This document shows, one piece after another, positions 1 to 14,224 of a stretch of DNA of 64,000 bases; the stretch's first letter is position 1, and the number at the start of each line of letters is the position of its first letter. The position numbers and the translations under genes were made by a program. The notes below the pieces were generated by a model, which did no database searches, had not been told where the DNA came from, and was given only the letters and a program-made list of their open reading frames with translations. The DNA lies in assembly GCA_030264375.1 (NCBI GenBank), contig JASCQW010000081.1, positions 93,102,923 to 93,166,922 of the forward strand. The letters are read 5' to 3'. Source of the DNA: Carcharhinus longimanus. Lineage: Eukaryota.

Positions 1-244
1 TAGATTCCCAGCATCGACAGCATTCTGCCTTTGAACCTTTGAATCTTACATTGATAAAATGGGAAGTTAAATGGAATGAATAATTTCATATTGAACGAAA
101 GATATTTATTTACCCGCCGCTTTACATTCTGTTGGATGAAAATTGAATTAGCAAGGCCTGGCTTGGTGAAAAAAAAAGTGACGGTTGTGTGCATTAAGAT
201 AAGGCAAATACAACGGATTTTGGGATCTGAAATTAAAATAAAAA

Positions 245-375
245 TAGTTCTGATTAAGGGTCATGGCGACTTGAATAGTGAGCTCTGATGAAGGGTCACC
301 TTGACCTGTTATGGACTCTATCTTCTCCCAAGGCTTGCGGTCACACTGCTGGGACTTTCCAATATTTTCAGCTGC
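245..375 (+). mobile_element. Penelope-like pseudo-LTR fragment with two tandem degenerate hammerhead-like cores
   Basis: CTGATTAAGGGTCATGGCGACTTGAATAG (250-278) followed by CTGATGAAGGGTCACCTTGACCTG (285-308), then ...ctgctgggactttccaatattttc; the same motif family occurs at the end of the Penelope element at 16930-18590. Confidence 0.45.
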
Positions 376-479
376 GTTTTACTGTCTTGTTCGTATTCCT
401 TCTTCAAACGTGGCAGACCATAATTTCACACCCGTAAGAAAAAAAGTGGTGAATTGCATCAAATAACACTCTGGGGATA

Positions 480-1500
480 TGCCTTGTAGGTACACCGACA
501 GTGATTTTAAGTAAGGGTTCCAGGACTTTTACTCAGTCGAAGTGAAAGAACGGCCATTTATTTCCATGTGGCTTGCCTGGGAATTTGAAGTGCTGGTGGC
601 AGTGCCTTTCTGAAAGTTATGGTCTGGCGATTGGAATATCCTACTTGAATTATGATGATGAATTTCTGCAGAGACACCCTGTACAAGTTTTGTTATTTTG
701 ACGGATTTCGTTGGATGGGGTATATTTACCAGTTGAAGATAGACGGAAAACCGGCTTGCAGATGCAGCATTCCGCCATGTTTTCCATGATTTGGAAGTCT
801 ATGAGTCCTGCTGGAGCAACTCTATCAAGGCAGTTAGACGTTATTCAATCAGGCTGCAAACCTGTTCGTTGTAGAAGGTGAACGGCGTAGTGGCACAATT
901 GTTAGCACTGTGCCAGGGACACGTATTCAATTCTGCCTTCGTGCACTGTCTGTGCGGAGTTTGCATGTTACCTCTGTGCCGCGTGGGTTTCCTCTAGATG
1001 CTCCAGTTCCCTTCCAAACTCCACAGATATGCATGTTAGGTTGATTGGCTATGCTAAGTTGTCCTTTCGCGTTAGGGGGACAAGCAGGTTAAATAGATGG
1101 TCTTAACATGATAGGGTGGCATTTTAATAGGTGTAGGCTTGATAGACAAATGTTTCTTTCCGCACTGTAGAATCGTATTCTACGGCTGGTTTCTGGGCGA
1201 GAGTCGGCTTGAACAGCAGTTTGGTTACTCGCCACATGCTTCCAAGCCCCCTAATCAGCTGATGATATTTACGTTCCTGTCCTCGTTCTGTCTCTGGTCA
1301 TGACTGACTTCGAGGATGTTAATAGCACAGTATCTGGCAATGCTTTTGCCATTCACTGCAATGGGTGAAATTTAGGTATTCTCCCTTCTAGCAGCAGCTA
1401 GTTGACTCACAATTATTCTGCGCAAATGTTGCTTGCCAATTGTCAGCCGAGGTCTGGTAATAAGGAAAACTTGAATTTCAATTGATGGTCTTCAAAATGC
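480..1500 (-). mobile_element. Decayed LINE (CR1/L2 group) RT 3' portion, interrupted by a SINE at 883-1182
   Basis: gtaggtacaccgacagtg...ttccaggacttttactcagtcgaagtgaaagaacggcc resembles the reverse strand of a common shark LINE 3' region; similarity resumes after the SINE. Confidence 0.5.
883..1182 (+). mobile_element. HE1-type tRNA-derived SINE (V-SINE)
   Basis: tRNA-like head (gtggcacaattgttagcactg), central ggagtttgcatgtt...gcgtgggtttcctc...gctccagtt, gttaggttgattggctatgctaa, LINE-like tail ending cactgtagaatcgtattcta. Confidence 0.75.
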
Positions 1501-1929
1501 TGATAATCGCTGATAATTCCAGAGGTTTAGCGCAGCGCATAACGAGTCTCACATTAAACAATGCCGGACCTATCATTATTGGGAATGGATGAGCAGTATC
1601 GTGTAACAATTGCAAACAATTTAATCAAACGTTTTTTAACTTGAAAGGATGGCGCAAACATACACAATAGCTGCAGGTATCATTGTACAAAGAAAGTGAA
1701 ATAGAGTTTGAATACATGCCCGATTATTCAGGTATCCGGTATATGCAGACATTTGCGTTCAAGCTTTTTTTAAAATATATACTGCAGTTGATGTGTGGAG
1801 AACGTAATGAGAAACAAACATTTCCAGTTGATAGAAAACTATTTATTTTCTGGTCCTCATTGCACTTTGTTGGATAACAAAAGAATAATCGTGTACGTTA
1901 TTCATCTACATTCATGAAATTAAGCTGTT

Positions 1930-3345
1930 GCGGGCGAATCAGAGCTTAACGTCAATCCGAAGGTGCGGGTAGCTGCTTCTAAGAAAACCCCATAGGCTAT
2001 ACACGGACGAGCTCTCAGACCCTGCGCAAACCAGCTGGCGAGGGTATTGGGAGGCATCTTTAACTTCTCTTTACACCTATCTCAGATTCCTGCCTGCTTT
2101 GAGAAGATAACCATCATCCCGGTACCAAAGAAAGCTTAGAGAGCGGGCCTGAGAGGCTATCGTCGGGGGGCTTTGACATCAATTATTATGAAATACTTCG
2201 AAAGTTATCTCATGGCACGAACCGCTTCCAGTCTTACAGATTTCCCGGATACTCTCAAGTTTTCCTAACTTTTTAACAGTCCCTCAGCGGACGCCATTAC
2301 TATGATTCCACAGTAAAACCCTGGAAAAGCAAGACACTGACGCCTATGTCAAACTCTCATTTATTGACTAAAATTCAGTCTTGAACACCATCACTCACCC
2401 CAAACTCTGTTGCCTGGGACTCGGCTCCTCCATATGTGTCTGGATCAAAGACTTCCTATGTTACAGACCACAATCAGTAAGGAAAGGCAGCAACGCCTCC
2501 TCCACGACAACTCTCAACAGAAGCGCCCAACAAGGTTGCACCCCCATCCCCTTGCATTTATTCACATATGACTGTGCGGCCAAATTTCCCTCCGACTCGA
2601 TTTCCAAGATTTCTGGCATCTCAAACAACAACGATACGGTGTTCAAGAAATAAATATAGAATCTGGTGAACTGGTGCGATGACAATGTCAGCAAAAACGA
2701 AGGAGATTATCATAGATTTCAGCAAGAGGAGTCAAGGGCATGTCCAGATCATCAGCAGCCAGCCCTGCGCCTTCCATATTGACGTTACAGTTAAGAAAGC
2801 CCACCAACTTTTCTACTTGCTCAGGAAGCTAAGGGAATTTGGGATATCACCTATGACTCTCACCAGCTTCTGAAGATGCAGCTGCAAATACAATTTTTGC
2901 TTGCTATATGATATCACGGTATGACCACAAAAAACTACGAAGCATCGTGAACGAAGTCCGGTCCGTCACGCAATCCAGCTACCCATCCATTGATTTTGTG
3001 TGCACTTTCTGCTGCCTCTAAAAAAACAGTCAGCACAATCAAGGATTCCAGGAACTTCAGGCATACTACCTTCCAACTTCTTCTGTCGGGAAAAGAAAGA
3101 TACAAGTATCTGAGGCCACCTTCTAACCCACTCAAGAACATATTCTTTCGTGCTATCATCAGAATTTTGAATGGTCCTGCATGATACTAAGTTTACCTAT
3201 CTCCAATCTCTGTTATGACTCTAACACTATATTCCGCACTCTCTCATTTACTTCTCTTTGTACATTATTAGTTCTACGTATAGCGCAAAAGAAATCGTCT
3301 TTTCATTGGATACTAATAAATATGACAGTAATAAATCAACTCAAA
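1930..3345 (+). mobile_element. Decayed Rex1/Babar non-LTR retrotransposon (RT region to 3' tail)
   Basis: ORF fragments LGLGSSICVWIKDFLCYRPQSVR, QQGCTP, KTKEIIIDFS, KKAHQLFYLLRKLREFG match Rex1 RT motifs; tail aataaatcaactcaaa. Confidence 0.8.
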
Positions 3346-5249
3346 GCCATGTGAGTATACCAGTCATGCTGCTTGGAAAAACCTTCTATATTGTTGACCC
3401 AAGTATGGTGCTGGCTTGGAGGTGAAGTTGATGATCGTGTTGGCCTTATCTGTCTGCGGTGGAGCAGTCATGAGTTTTGAATGTGCTATTGCAATTGTCT
3501 TCAGAACCCTGTCCTGGGCATTTTACACATCGTGATGCCCTTTTCATATTGGCCGTGAACATTAAGGTTTGCTGGGTCAACTTTTGTGGTATTGAGGCAA
3601 AGACACCAGGCCGCTTTCTCTGCCATAACATCAATGTATTTGAGTGTTGTTGGAGCCCTAACTTTCATGGCTATTCAGTGACGCTCCTGATATGTGAATT
3701 GACACCGGGAAGGGGATGTACGTATCAGGTATAACCGAATCTCAAAGGGTATGCGAATCATCTGTGCCGGGTTGTGACATTTCATGGGGCTTAGAAATGG
3801 ATGCTGGAGGATTAGATATCGATCTGGTGGTTCTCAGTTTAGATGGGTATCGGGGCGTGGCCGCGTTTCCGGCTGGTCTATTTTAGGGGATGGGTTGGAA
3901 TGAACATTTGACGACGATTCTGAATATAGGTGAGTGAACGAAAAGTGTCAGCCTAGCAAATTGCGAAACGGAAACAGAGGGTGTGGCTTTAAGTGGGCTA
4001 GTAGGACCTGGATGTGAGGTTGGGATGGGGTTCGACTCATGTTCAGGAACCAGCTCGGAACACAATGCATTTGGAGAAGATGAGGAGTGGCGAGAGATGA
4101 GGGCTGACGTGGAGGGGTGGGGGGGGGGTGCGGTGGTGGAATGCTTTTTCCGGTGTTGCTGGGGATTCACGTTCAGTGCTCTGTTTGTGGTTTTAAAATA
4201 GTTGCATAGAAGTCAGCATTTTTCATTTTCTTTCGAACACGTCAGACTAAGGAAGTGAGGGCAGTGACATAACCATTTGAACTTCGCAACTAAAATTGTT
4301 TCGATGGGTGGTTTCTACTGCAGCAAAATTGTCGGCAAACCTTTGCCTGGGAAATTGAGAGTGGGAATTTTCAAACCATTTTTGGGGCAATCGGAGGCTG
4401 TGGTTTCAGGAGCCTACGGGCTTTCCTAACGGCATTAATTATCTTACAGTCAAGATTTTCTCTAAATCCTTAGCAAGCAGAAATTAGGGTAAGTTAAGGA
4501 ACTTGGCACAGTCAACTAATATGTTTCGTTTAGAAAACAAAGTTTCAGCAAACAACTGTTGTGAAGGCCATGCAAAACTGTGGCGATTATGCAAGGTTAA
4601 CACGAGATTTCTCCCGGCTTGGACACGGAAAAATAAGTACGACAATGTCAAGTTATAAGTGATGTTCGTGCTCAAGTCTTCTAAAACTTGGCGGCATGAA
4701 GGCTAAATATTACTGATACAATGCCGCGATAATATGGTTCACAACAGTTGGCTGCGAAACTTAGTATCCTGTCATGTCGGGCAGTAAATTTTATGGTCAG
4801 GTTGCATGCTCGTTAAAGATACTAAAGCACTGCAGCAATATCTGGTCGACTGGCCACAGCCTGTTTCCTGAAGTTCGCTGCTATGAAGTATCCCCACCCA
4901 CGTTTACAAATATTTTGCCAGTTCTATATAATTTGCCAATATTTTTTGATATTCGATGTAATAATATGAAAGACAACTGGTGTGTAGCAATTACTTTGCT
5001 ATTGCTTTGCTGAGGCATGTGAAAGTGATAACGCTGCTGCAAAATATCAAGAATAACATTGGAAAGTTGATTTTAAACAAAAGAAAATCGGATGAAATGC
5101 ATCTTTTCAATTGTTAGCACATTTCATCGATCGAAAACTTGTTGATGAATAAATCCCAAGTGCCCCGTCGGAAAAGAAACCTGTAGGTTATTGACAGAGG
5201 CAAGAGAGGAGTTTGCTCGGGTCCTGACAAAGACTTTGTACCCTGGATA

Positions 5250-6210
5250 GCCCCTGAAGAAGTCACAGGGTACTGGAAAGTATCTAATGTTTTTCCTCTG
5301 TCCAAAAAAAGAACAAGGTATAATCAAGGATATTATCGAACGTAGAACATAGATTTAATAAATTGGTTAATAAATTTGTAGGTGACACAAATATGGGTAG
5401 AGTTACAGATAGCGCAGAAAGTTGTAAAAATATACAGCACAATATGGATCTGTTGCAGGTTTGGTCAGGGAAATGGCAGATGGAGGTTAATCTAGGTAGG
5501 ACTGAAGTGTTGCCTTTCAGAAATCAAATCTCAATATTAAGTACTCAGTTAACGGCAGGAACATGTTCAGCATTGATGTACAGAGGCATCATGTGGCTGC
5601 AATCCATAGCTCTCTGAAAGTGATGAAACAGATTGATAAATAACAAAAAAATGTGGATGGCAAGCTTGTCTTTTGCAGTCGTGGCACTGAGAACAAGAGT
5701 AATGATGCCACGTTTCAATATTATGAAATTTGGTTCAGCCGCACTTAGAATAGTATGTATGGGAACGACGTGGAAGATTTGGAAAGGGTGAAAAATAAAT
5801 TTACCAGATTGGATTAAAAGGTATCAGCTACACGAACAAGCTGGACGATCTTGGCGTATTTTCTCTGGAATGGCGGAGTCTGAGGAGAGAACTAGTGGCT
5901 GTCTTTAAAAAATGTCCGAGGCATACATAAGTTTCAGGGTCGAAATATCTTACACAGATCTGAAATGGTTATTCCTAGGGGGCATGCATTTAAGGTGAGG
6001 GGGGAGTTCAAAGTAAATGCCAAGAGAAAGTAATATGTTTCTGGAACTTGCTGCCAGGGATGGAAGTGCAGGCAGATACGATAGGGCTGTTTAAGTAGCT
6101 TTTAGATAAGCAAATTAATATGCAAGGAACCAAGTGATATGACAAAGGGCAGGCAGAAGCGTTTCGTAAAACTTGACGTCATGTTCGCCACAACTTCATG
6201 GGAAAATAAG
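5250..6210 (+). mobile_element. Decayed CR1 LINE 3' portion
   Basis: NKFVGDTNMG (KFADDTK-like), WSGKWQMEVN, ccgcacttagaatagt (RPHLEY), ctagggggcatgcatttaaggtgagg (TRGH motif). Confidence 0.8.
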
Positions 6211-6469
6211 TCGTGAATGAACGAAAAATTGCAGTACTCAATTCAAAGTTATTTAGTATCTTCAAAAAATGTTTTGGATGAATCCTCACCGTCAAAACCG
6301 TAGCGATCTTTCTTTTCTATTATTCCTAATTTGTGAGATGAACAACATCAGAAGCATTTATAAATATTTGCAAAGGAACACCATTCTATTCAGCGAAACA
6401 TTTGCTGGCACAAATATAGGAGATTTTCCAGACAGCAAAAACAACAATACAATTGGTCCCATAATTGCC

Positions 6470-6620
6470 TCTGAAATGGCCAAGCATACGGAGAAAACCC
6501 GCGCAAACGCGAAGTGAATATGCAAACTCTACACAGTTCGTAACCCAAGGCTGCAATTAAACCTGAGTCCAGGATGCTGTGAAGCCGTAGTTATAAAGCT
6601 CTGCCACGGTGGTGGCCCGG
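6470..6620 (-). mobile_element. HE1-type SINE 5' fragment
   Basis: ggagaaaacccgcgcaaac...atgcaaactctacacag...aaacctgagtcc...gctgtgaagc is the reverse complement of the HE1 head and V domain. Confidence 0.55.
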
Positions 6621-7486
6621 TTGTAACTGCCATATTACCAACAGCCAAAAATCCACTTGGGATCATTAATTTATGTTGGGATTCCTAGCGAAGCAGGCAT
6701 TCCAACATATTAAGGAACATAAAAAAAACTTGCACAGTAAAATCCTACACACAACATAAGACAACAGTGGTATGATTTCTCCAGGAATAATATAGAATAA
6801 TGCGTCGTGAACCCATGCCATTTCGATTAGATCAGCCTTCATTGTTGTGTTACCAGAAATCATCTGACAGCAAAGGTAAACTCAAAATTAACGCAGTTCT
6901 TATACACTGCTAACCAGAAAAAAAATGCCAATATCCCCATTCCCTGCGATCATGCTCAACGAATGTTGTGATGCTAAATTACTGCTGATTGCCTGTAACA
7001 CCGCCAACAGTCTTTGAAATGTAAAATCTCCTAGACCGAGTAGATGGGAAAGTGTTTTACTCTATTTGTACCATGTTCGGTGGATGTAGCAGATTTGAAT
7101 ATCGGACGGGATGTATAAAATAGAGCATATGCCCTGCTAACTGTAAAGTATTCGGATTTTAATTTGATTTTATTTCAATGATTTTAGGATAATTTATGAT
7201 TGTGCGTAATAACAAATATATGAATATTTTGTGAGCAATGTCCATAGTGCACCGACGATTAGCTTGTCATTTTTTTTGTGTGTTTTATAAGAAGTACAGA
7301 GATCAGTGAGTAATGGGACTCGTAAGCTCATTAATGATATAGTGAGCGTTGTAACCGGACTTGAATTAACTGAAGATCCACAATAACAACGTGTGTTTTG
7401 CCGCAATATAAAACCTTTACATAATGCAAATTGACGTATGAAGATAAATAATCTTGCAGGGAAATGACTGGAATGAATAACTGACA

Positions 7487-7975
7487 TGCTGGAGAACTAA
7501 ATTCCTCAAACCGTCTCCCTCGTCGTACTATAAAGTCCCTTGGCGCTCTCTGACGCTTTCCTAGATTACCTCCATGTCGATACGAAAAAAAAAGTCAATT
7601 CCACTTTATAACAGTTCTTTATTGACTGCAACCGCCTTTAATTGCTGAGCAGATTTATTCCAGCAAGTCTTTACCAATGGCTGGTCACCGGCAAAGAGCA
7701 CTGAGAGTTTGACAACATTTATACCGCAAAATTTAAACGGCTGTTCAAAATTTAAACGGCTGTCAAACAGAACATTACATCATACAATGCAAAACATTTC
7801 TACAATGAAATATATAAACAGTTAACTTTTGCGAACGAATCATTACCGGCATTGTAGAGCCGAGCCCTCAATCTTGCGATTTCTGCGAAAATGCGTAAGC
7901 ATTAACTTTGTATCATAAAAAAGTCTCAAAATTTTGATTTACACTAAACGAAAATTTGGCACACATGACTGAACA
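7487..7975 (-). mobile_element. Possible solo LTR in reverse orientation
   Basis: Minus-strand AATAAA (plus ctttattg, ~7617-7624) downstream of a minus-strand TATA-like element (plus atttatac, ~7717-7724), with a 19-bp tandem duplication caaaatttaaacggctgt(t) at 7727-7764 in the U3 position; no clear TSD found. Confidence 0.3.
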
Positions 7976-8044
7976 TAATAAAATCAAATGGACTTATTGG
8001 GAGAGTAAAACAAAATGATTGCAATATTTGCAACTTGCACATTT

Positions 8045-8400
8045 GAACGTAAGGAATAGGAGCAGGAGTGAAAGGAAACACCATCTCTATCCTGCTCCGC
8101 CATCAATGCATAATGGTTGATCTACAGTATCCCTGACTAACTTTCTGACGGTTGACCCTTGTTGAAATTGCGATTCTAAAATGTCTTCAAAATTTAAATC
8201 TGCAAACTACACAATTTGTTGAATAAAATAACTTTAAATTCTAACTCGCCTCTAAGCAAATAATCGTTGTTTTGAATTGGGGGCTGCCGATTGTGCATTA
8301 CTCGCTCCCTCGTTGCAGATTTTTCAGCAGAATGATGAGCCTCTTAGCGTTAAATCTGGCAAGGTTCGAATCACTTCGTAAGTAATCGGACGGGAAGAAT
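8045..8400 (-). mobile_element. Decayed CR1 3' end
   Basis: gaacgtaaggaataggagcaggagt...cctgctccgccatcaatg...atggttgatct is the reverse-strand CR1 tail. Confidence 0.55.
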
Positions 8401-11400
8401 GATGTTGGATGAACCAACTGTGCGGATTTGCAGGCAAGAGATATTTTCGCAGTCAGGAAACCAAAATTAGTCACACATCAGACACGTGGTTAATCGGAAA
8501 ACTAACTTGGCAGCTTCAGTTCGCGCGAGAGTTAACAAGACTCGGAAAATATGTAAATTCAAATCCAGGCGATTTAACACTGTGTTATGAATCTGATATA
8601 CATTCATCTTAGCAATTAGCACTGAATGGACGGTGTCACATCAAGACACTACTTGTTTTCAGTTCGGTTGAACCAATCGTACTCGTGTATTATACTGGAG
8701 AAACAACCAGGGAACCGTACATGCTACGATTTCATTGTTAACGTGCAAACGAAATCTTTACCTTATTATATTTCAGTGAGTGAAGGAGAATTGATAATTC
8801 GAGCATTTAAAAACCTAAATCAACAGCTTACATTCAATTTCTTACATTATGCTTCGTGGCTGGTCAATCACTAACGTGCTTCGACCAGAAAAGGAAATGC
8901 AACCGCCTGAAATTAATGTCACACCATAATGCTAGAGAAAAACGGTGAATATGGATTATTATAACCATTTCTCGGGGCAAGTAGTGTGTATGAAAAATTA
9001 CGGCATTTGCAAAAAACAATGACAGTCTCAGCACAAAGGACTCGCGAATCTGTGTAGAATTGTTGATTAAACTTCCGCATTCTGCGTCGAAGAACACCCG
9101 GAAATGCAAAACAAAAGACACTGCTTTCGTGGGTGAGCTGGGATCTCATATGTCGAGTGTCATCGGCATTCCCTCAACCTGAGTGTGGAAAGCTAAGCTG
9201 CGCAACAACAAAGGATTAGGAAGACAGCTCATGTTGAAGCAATAAACACTGTGCCTCTCTGTTGCTCTAATTAGTTTAACGTGAATCTGAAATAGGCAAT
9301 AGTGGAATTTAATACATGATACTTCTTATGTGATTCTTCACTGCAAAAACATGCCATTTTCTTCAACTGAGCAGAATTTGCTTTAGAGACCTTTCCAGGA
9401 ATATGCATATGCATGAAATAAAACAACCATATCAGGTTCTGAGGTGATTTGTAGGAAATTCACGATAACACTATATATCAGGAAATCAATAAATTTAAAA
9501 CAGAAAACATTTCATTGCAATATATTACCATCAACTGACAGAGAGAAAAAAATGAAGTTGACTTTTCACACAAGAATTTTCGCAATTTCGTTTGTACATG
9601 TATATACAAGTGAGCATCATTTTGACAACTTCTTGATTTTCGTACTATCCAATTTTCGCTGCAATTACTATGAATTGAGTTAGAAGTCAGGCGCTGGGTA
9701 AAAATGGCGGAAACCCGTTTTGACTGATGGTGGACTGCTATAGTGAAGTCACTGGCTGGACGTTGCATGTGGACTGAAAATATTTTCACTCTTTTTTTTG
9801 AAAGATTGATATTACAGCCATAGCAATGAAGCAAATTCTCCTGAAATATTTCGAAGGGCAATGTAGGGACGTTTGGAACAGTAGCGCTGAATAGTTGCAA
9901 AACAACAGAAAGTCCACCAATCTTACCAGAATCCTTTTCTTTCAACTTTCGTTCTACCAATCGTATTTAATTGAAGACGCATTAGATCATTCATGATTGA
10001 CTTGTGGGCACATAAATACGGGGCCAAATTAACAAGGAACTGGGTTTAATGTTTGTTTCCACACAGTTAAATATAGATTAGCCTTAATAAATCTGCTAAT
10101 ATATTTTAAACACAAAACTGTTGCAGAACGATTTAGTGGAAAAGGAAACTAAGGCTATTCATGATTATGCCATTTTGTATACTTGCGATTGATCTATCTA
10201 ACTGTGCACTATAATATTGTCTTTTGTTTCCATTTTGATTTGACGTTGTACTGAATAACCCGATTTAGTTCTCTTTCCTGCGGTCGCACAATTAATAGTT
10301 GATTTTTTTTTTCATTAATGCCCATTGCTTATTCTCCACTCTAAAATGATTAACATTTCATCTTTCGTTTCTTCGATTATTCTCAGCACAAAACAGTTCT
10401 GCCGGGCGGCACTGTCAAATTCGAAAACAAATATATATTAAGTATCATTGAATTGGGAAGCGAATACGTTGTCTCCTCAGACTCCTATGCAAAGTTCAAC
10501 TCTGATGAAAGCAAAAAAGAACAAATTTGATACTGGCACATTTTCAGTAGAGAAAGTCAACGACATTCATTGACAGAATATCGGCGACCACTTCAATTTC
10601 TACCCAATTTTGCTAAATTAGACCATGGCGTTGAACACCTCAGCAAGTCATTAACAAAAAAGAGTGTGTTGCAGGGTATTAACATTATGACAATAAGGTT
10701 CAAAAGTGTATTCGTACTTTAGGTGTGTTTCTTAAGAAACGCCGATATCAATTTGTTTCAATATATTTAATTTGTTTAATTTAACAAATGCATTATTCTG
10801 TCAGCTATTTAACGTTGTCAGCTTCTATTTTGTGTAAGTGGCATGTCTCCCATGTTTTAGCTTTAATTCAGCATATACATACCGACACATATACACACAC
10901 ACGCATAAGAATGAATGCATTAAGAATCTATATGTAGATGTGTATATTTTTTTCACTTTCAATTAACAGAAAGTAGGAATATGATTCGGTCACAAGATCT
11001 TTTCTTTTTTTTATTCATGGGGTGCAGCCATCGCTGGAAGTTGGCACATTTTTTTCGCAATGTTCATTGCCTTTGGACGAACAATGCAATTCAGAAAACT
11101 GGTCAACGTCAATGGAAGTGTTGTGGTTGATTTATTTATGTTAAAGGCATTTGACAAATAGATATACAATTATTGGATATTTTAAGTTTAGAGTTTTATT
11201 AAATTTCAGTTCTGCTATTTGCGTGAGTTTCGAACAATGATCAAGAGAACGTTGCTATTCGGGTGGCAGCAGGATTACACCACCACAGTTTCACACGGTA
11301 CACCATATTTACTTGGTGCTTGTACCAATGAATTATAACGTTTACCATTATATCATCATCGTTTCGAATATCTGAATTTTAACCATTCAAATTTCTACAT

Positions 11401-12244
11401 TTCGCCATGAATATTGATTACTTTGAGTAAAATACAGTCAATATGTTCGATGATATTTTCATAATTGTAATATTGAGGATAACATTGATAAATATGTCTA
11501 GAATATGTATGTAGTTTGTCATGGTGTATCTGTCACAATATCTGCAACACCACTCTGAAATAAGAATAGTTTTCTAATTTTACATTTTTGACATCATCTT
11601 TTTCCAAAGCATACCCTTTGGATACACTTTCCTAACACTAAGGCTGTTGTCCTACTGAAATTGATTCCAATCTATTGAAATCTCCACTGCATCTTTCGTA
11701 TTCACTTTCCTTTCTTATAATTGGCAGGGAGATCTGATGCACTTTGGCCAATATATATTTTTAAGAAGCATCATTCACGTGTCTGAGCAGCCATTGCTAA
11801 GGTTATAATCAGTTTTTTTTTAATATATTAACTTTTTTTTCAACTGCGGAAAATTAGTACTTTATGTCAATCAATGTGTTACCGCAGCACTTGAATGCAT
11901 TAAGAATTTATTATTAAAAGGTCTCTCTGTTCTTGTAAAGTCGAATATCATATTTGTGTGTCTTTAGTTTTATCATTGCAATGTACTTTCGACCATCTTT
12001 AACCATCTGCACGTATTGAGACGTTTTGCACACGTAAGGGTACTGCAGCAATGCAAGTTGTCACTAGAACATTTATTTTGCTACTTACCCGCAATCTGTC
12101 GCAAATATTTAAGTTCTGCATGGAGAATTTAAGAACAATGAGCAAACTACTCCGTCAGTAGTTATGAATTTGATAGTATATAATCTTAATTTAAGTGCCT
12201 TTGATCTGGAAAGCATATTTTAATCAGGTATGTAATATGCATTC

Positions 12245-13145
12245 AACCCAACCGTATCCGATTGTTGTCAGATTCCCCTTCAACATGATTTTCATGCTTG
12301 CTAATGACACCGCCATAGTGGATCGGATCTCAAAAAATGATAGGGCAAAGTAAGGAAGAAAATAGAGTATATGGTGAAATATTGCGACGAAAATAAACTC
12401 TCTCTTGATGTCAATAAAACGAAGGAGATAGTCGTTGAATTTAGGAAGAGTCGTGGAAGACATTTCCCTGTCTACATCAACGATGCCTAAATGGGAACTG
12501 CCCAGACCTTCACATTTCTCCGTGTCACCAATTTCCTGATTCGGCCCCTCCATGGCGAAACTGCAGTTAGGTAAATCTACCAACGCCTCTACTTTCGTCA
12601 AAGACGAAGGACATTTCGCATATCCACTCCCACACTCACCGAATATTCCATATTGATCACAGAGAAAAAAAAATATTTCTGGTTGTATCGGACTCAGTAA
12701 GGCGTCTGCGTTGTCCAAGCCCGCAAACAATACTCCAAAGATTCGCGTAAAAGCCCAGTACATCACACAAAACCAGCCTCCCCTCCAGTGATTTTGTTTG
12801 CACTTCCCAACACTTCTTGAAAACAGCCAGCTTAATCAAGTGCCTCTCAAACCCTCGACATAATCTCTTCCACCTACTTTGGTCTGGAAAAAGATACATA
12901 ATCTGACGAAACGTACCATCAGTCTCTATAACGGCTTCTTCCGTGATGCCATGGGACTTTTGAATGCACCTATGTAGTATTAATTTGCTCTTTGTCCACT
13001 CCTTAACTATGGCTGTAACTCTACATTCTGCAATCTATCTTTCCCTTCATTATGTAGGGCATGCTTTGTCTGTATAGTGCACAAGTAATAATTATTTTCT
13101 CTGTGCACTTATACATGTGACAGGAATAATTCAAATCAAATCGAG
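12245..13145 (+). mobile_element. Decayed Rex1/Babar 3' portion
   Basis: tttgctgatgacacc-like cttgctaatgacaccgccatagtgg, aaaacgaaggagatagtcgttga (KTKEIVV), caacgcctctactttc, tail aataattcaaatcaaatc. Confidence 0.8.
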
Positions 13146-13289
13146 GTTTGCACCGTATGCAATTTTCAAATAAAACGAATATTAGTTATAACACATCTGT
13201 TTGGTTTTGCAATAACAAACTTCTCAATTATTGGCAGAACTATTGATTAAAATCTCAAGATTCAATAAATCTGTATATGCCTTGCTGCC

Positions 13290-13540
13290 TTCCATACTAG
13301 TGACCCAGGTTTGTTTTCCGGATCGTGGATTCTGCGCGTTTTCCTCGTGCGTCCATTTTCCCCTGCCGTTCTTCTTTGCTCTCAGCGACTTAAAGACATA
13401 TTGGTTAGGTGTATTAGCCAAGCTATATTCTCCCTGAGGCTCCCCGAACAGACGCCGGAATGTGGCGACAAAGGGATCTTCATAGTAACTGAATTGCAGA
13501 GTTAATATAAGCCTGCTTGTGACAAAAAAAATAAACTTTA
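13290..13540 (+). mobile_element. HE1-type SINE with alternative 3' tail
   Basis: gacccaggtt..., ggttaggtgtattagccaagcta, gaacagacgccggaatgtggcgacaagggatcttcatagtaact...gcctgcttgtgac...aataaacttt. Confidence 0.65.
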
Positions 13541-14152
13541 AGACGGTGTATTATGTATGCATTCTGAAAGAAATAAATATCGTCATTTGTTCATTAAGTA
13601 ACTGTTCATATTACATACATTTCAAAAACCTGAACACTTTGTAATCGGTTTCCCAGTACTCCATGTTGAAATCAACACATCGTGGTATGAAGCTTCTGTG
13701 TATGGAACTGATCGATCAAGCACAGTTCATGAATCGGTTGTAGTTTTTTTTGTGTGAGTTTAGCTTTTTTGTGATATCTATTGAATTTTAACTTTTTGAC
13801 ATTTCAGTCCTCCTTTTTCGATTGACGTTTGACTCTTCAATGTAGCTACAAGCTGCATTGCATTGTGAGTTTCTCATAGTAAAACATGTCTATGAATTCC
13901 ACAGGTGCATCGCCAAACAATGTGAACAATTAGGATCAACAAATAATAAGATGGTACATGGTCAAAAAGTTCACATTTTGTTTTGTTATGCAGCGCTTTC
14001 GGAAATGGCAGAATAAGCAAGAGATTTGCAGATTTAAGAAGTAACTTCCAGAGTTTACGGTACTAAAACAAAAGCCTGGTCACAAATTCCGGGAGGGTTG
14101 ATAGGCAGGAATTATGGTAGTGTAGATATCTGGAGGGTTATTTTGACGGAAT

Positions 14153-14212
14153 GGTGACATAAGGGTTATATAAGGTGACATAAGGGTATAAGGGTTATAT
14201 AAGGTGACATAA
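14153..14212. repeat. Short imperfect tandem repeat (ggtgacataagggttatataa units)
   Basis: About three copies read directly from the sequence. Confidence 0.75.
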
Positions 14213-14224
14213 TGTTACCTCATA

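Noticed and set aside
9478-9960. 160-aa minus-strand ORF
   Set aside because: No recognisable domain, non-ATG start and no convincing splice context; consistent with a chance ORF.
12224-12766. 180-aa minus-strand ORF
   Set aside because: It is the antisense frame of a decayed Rex1 element.
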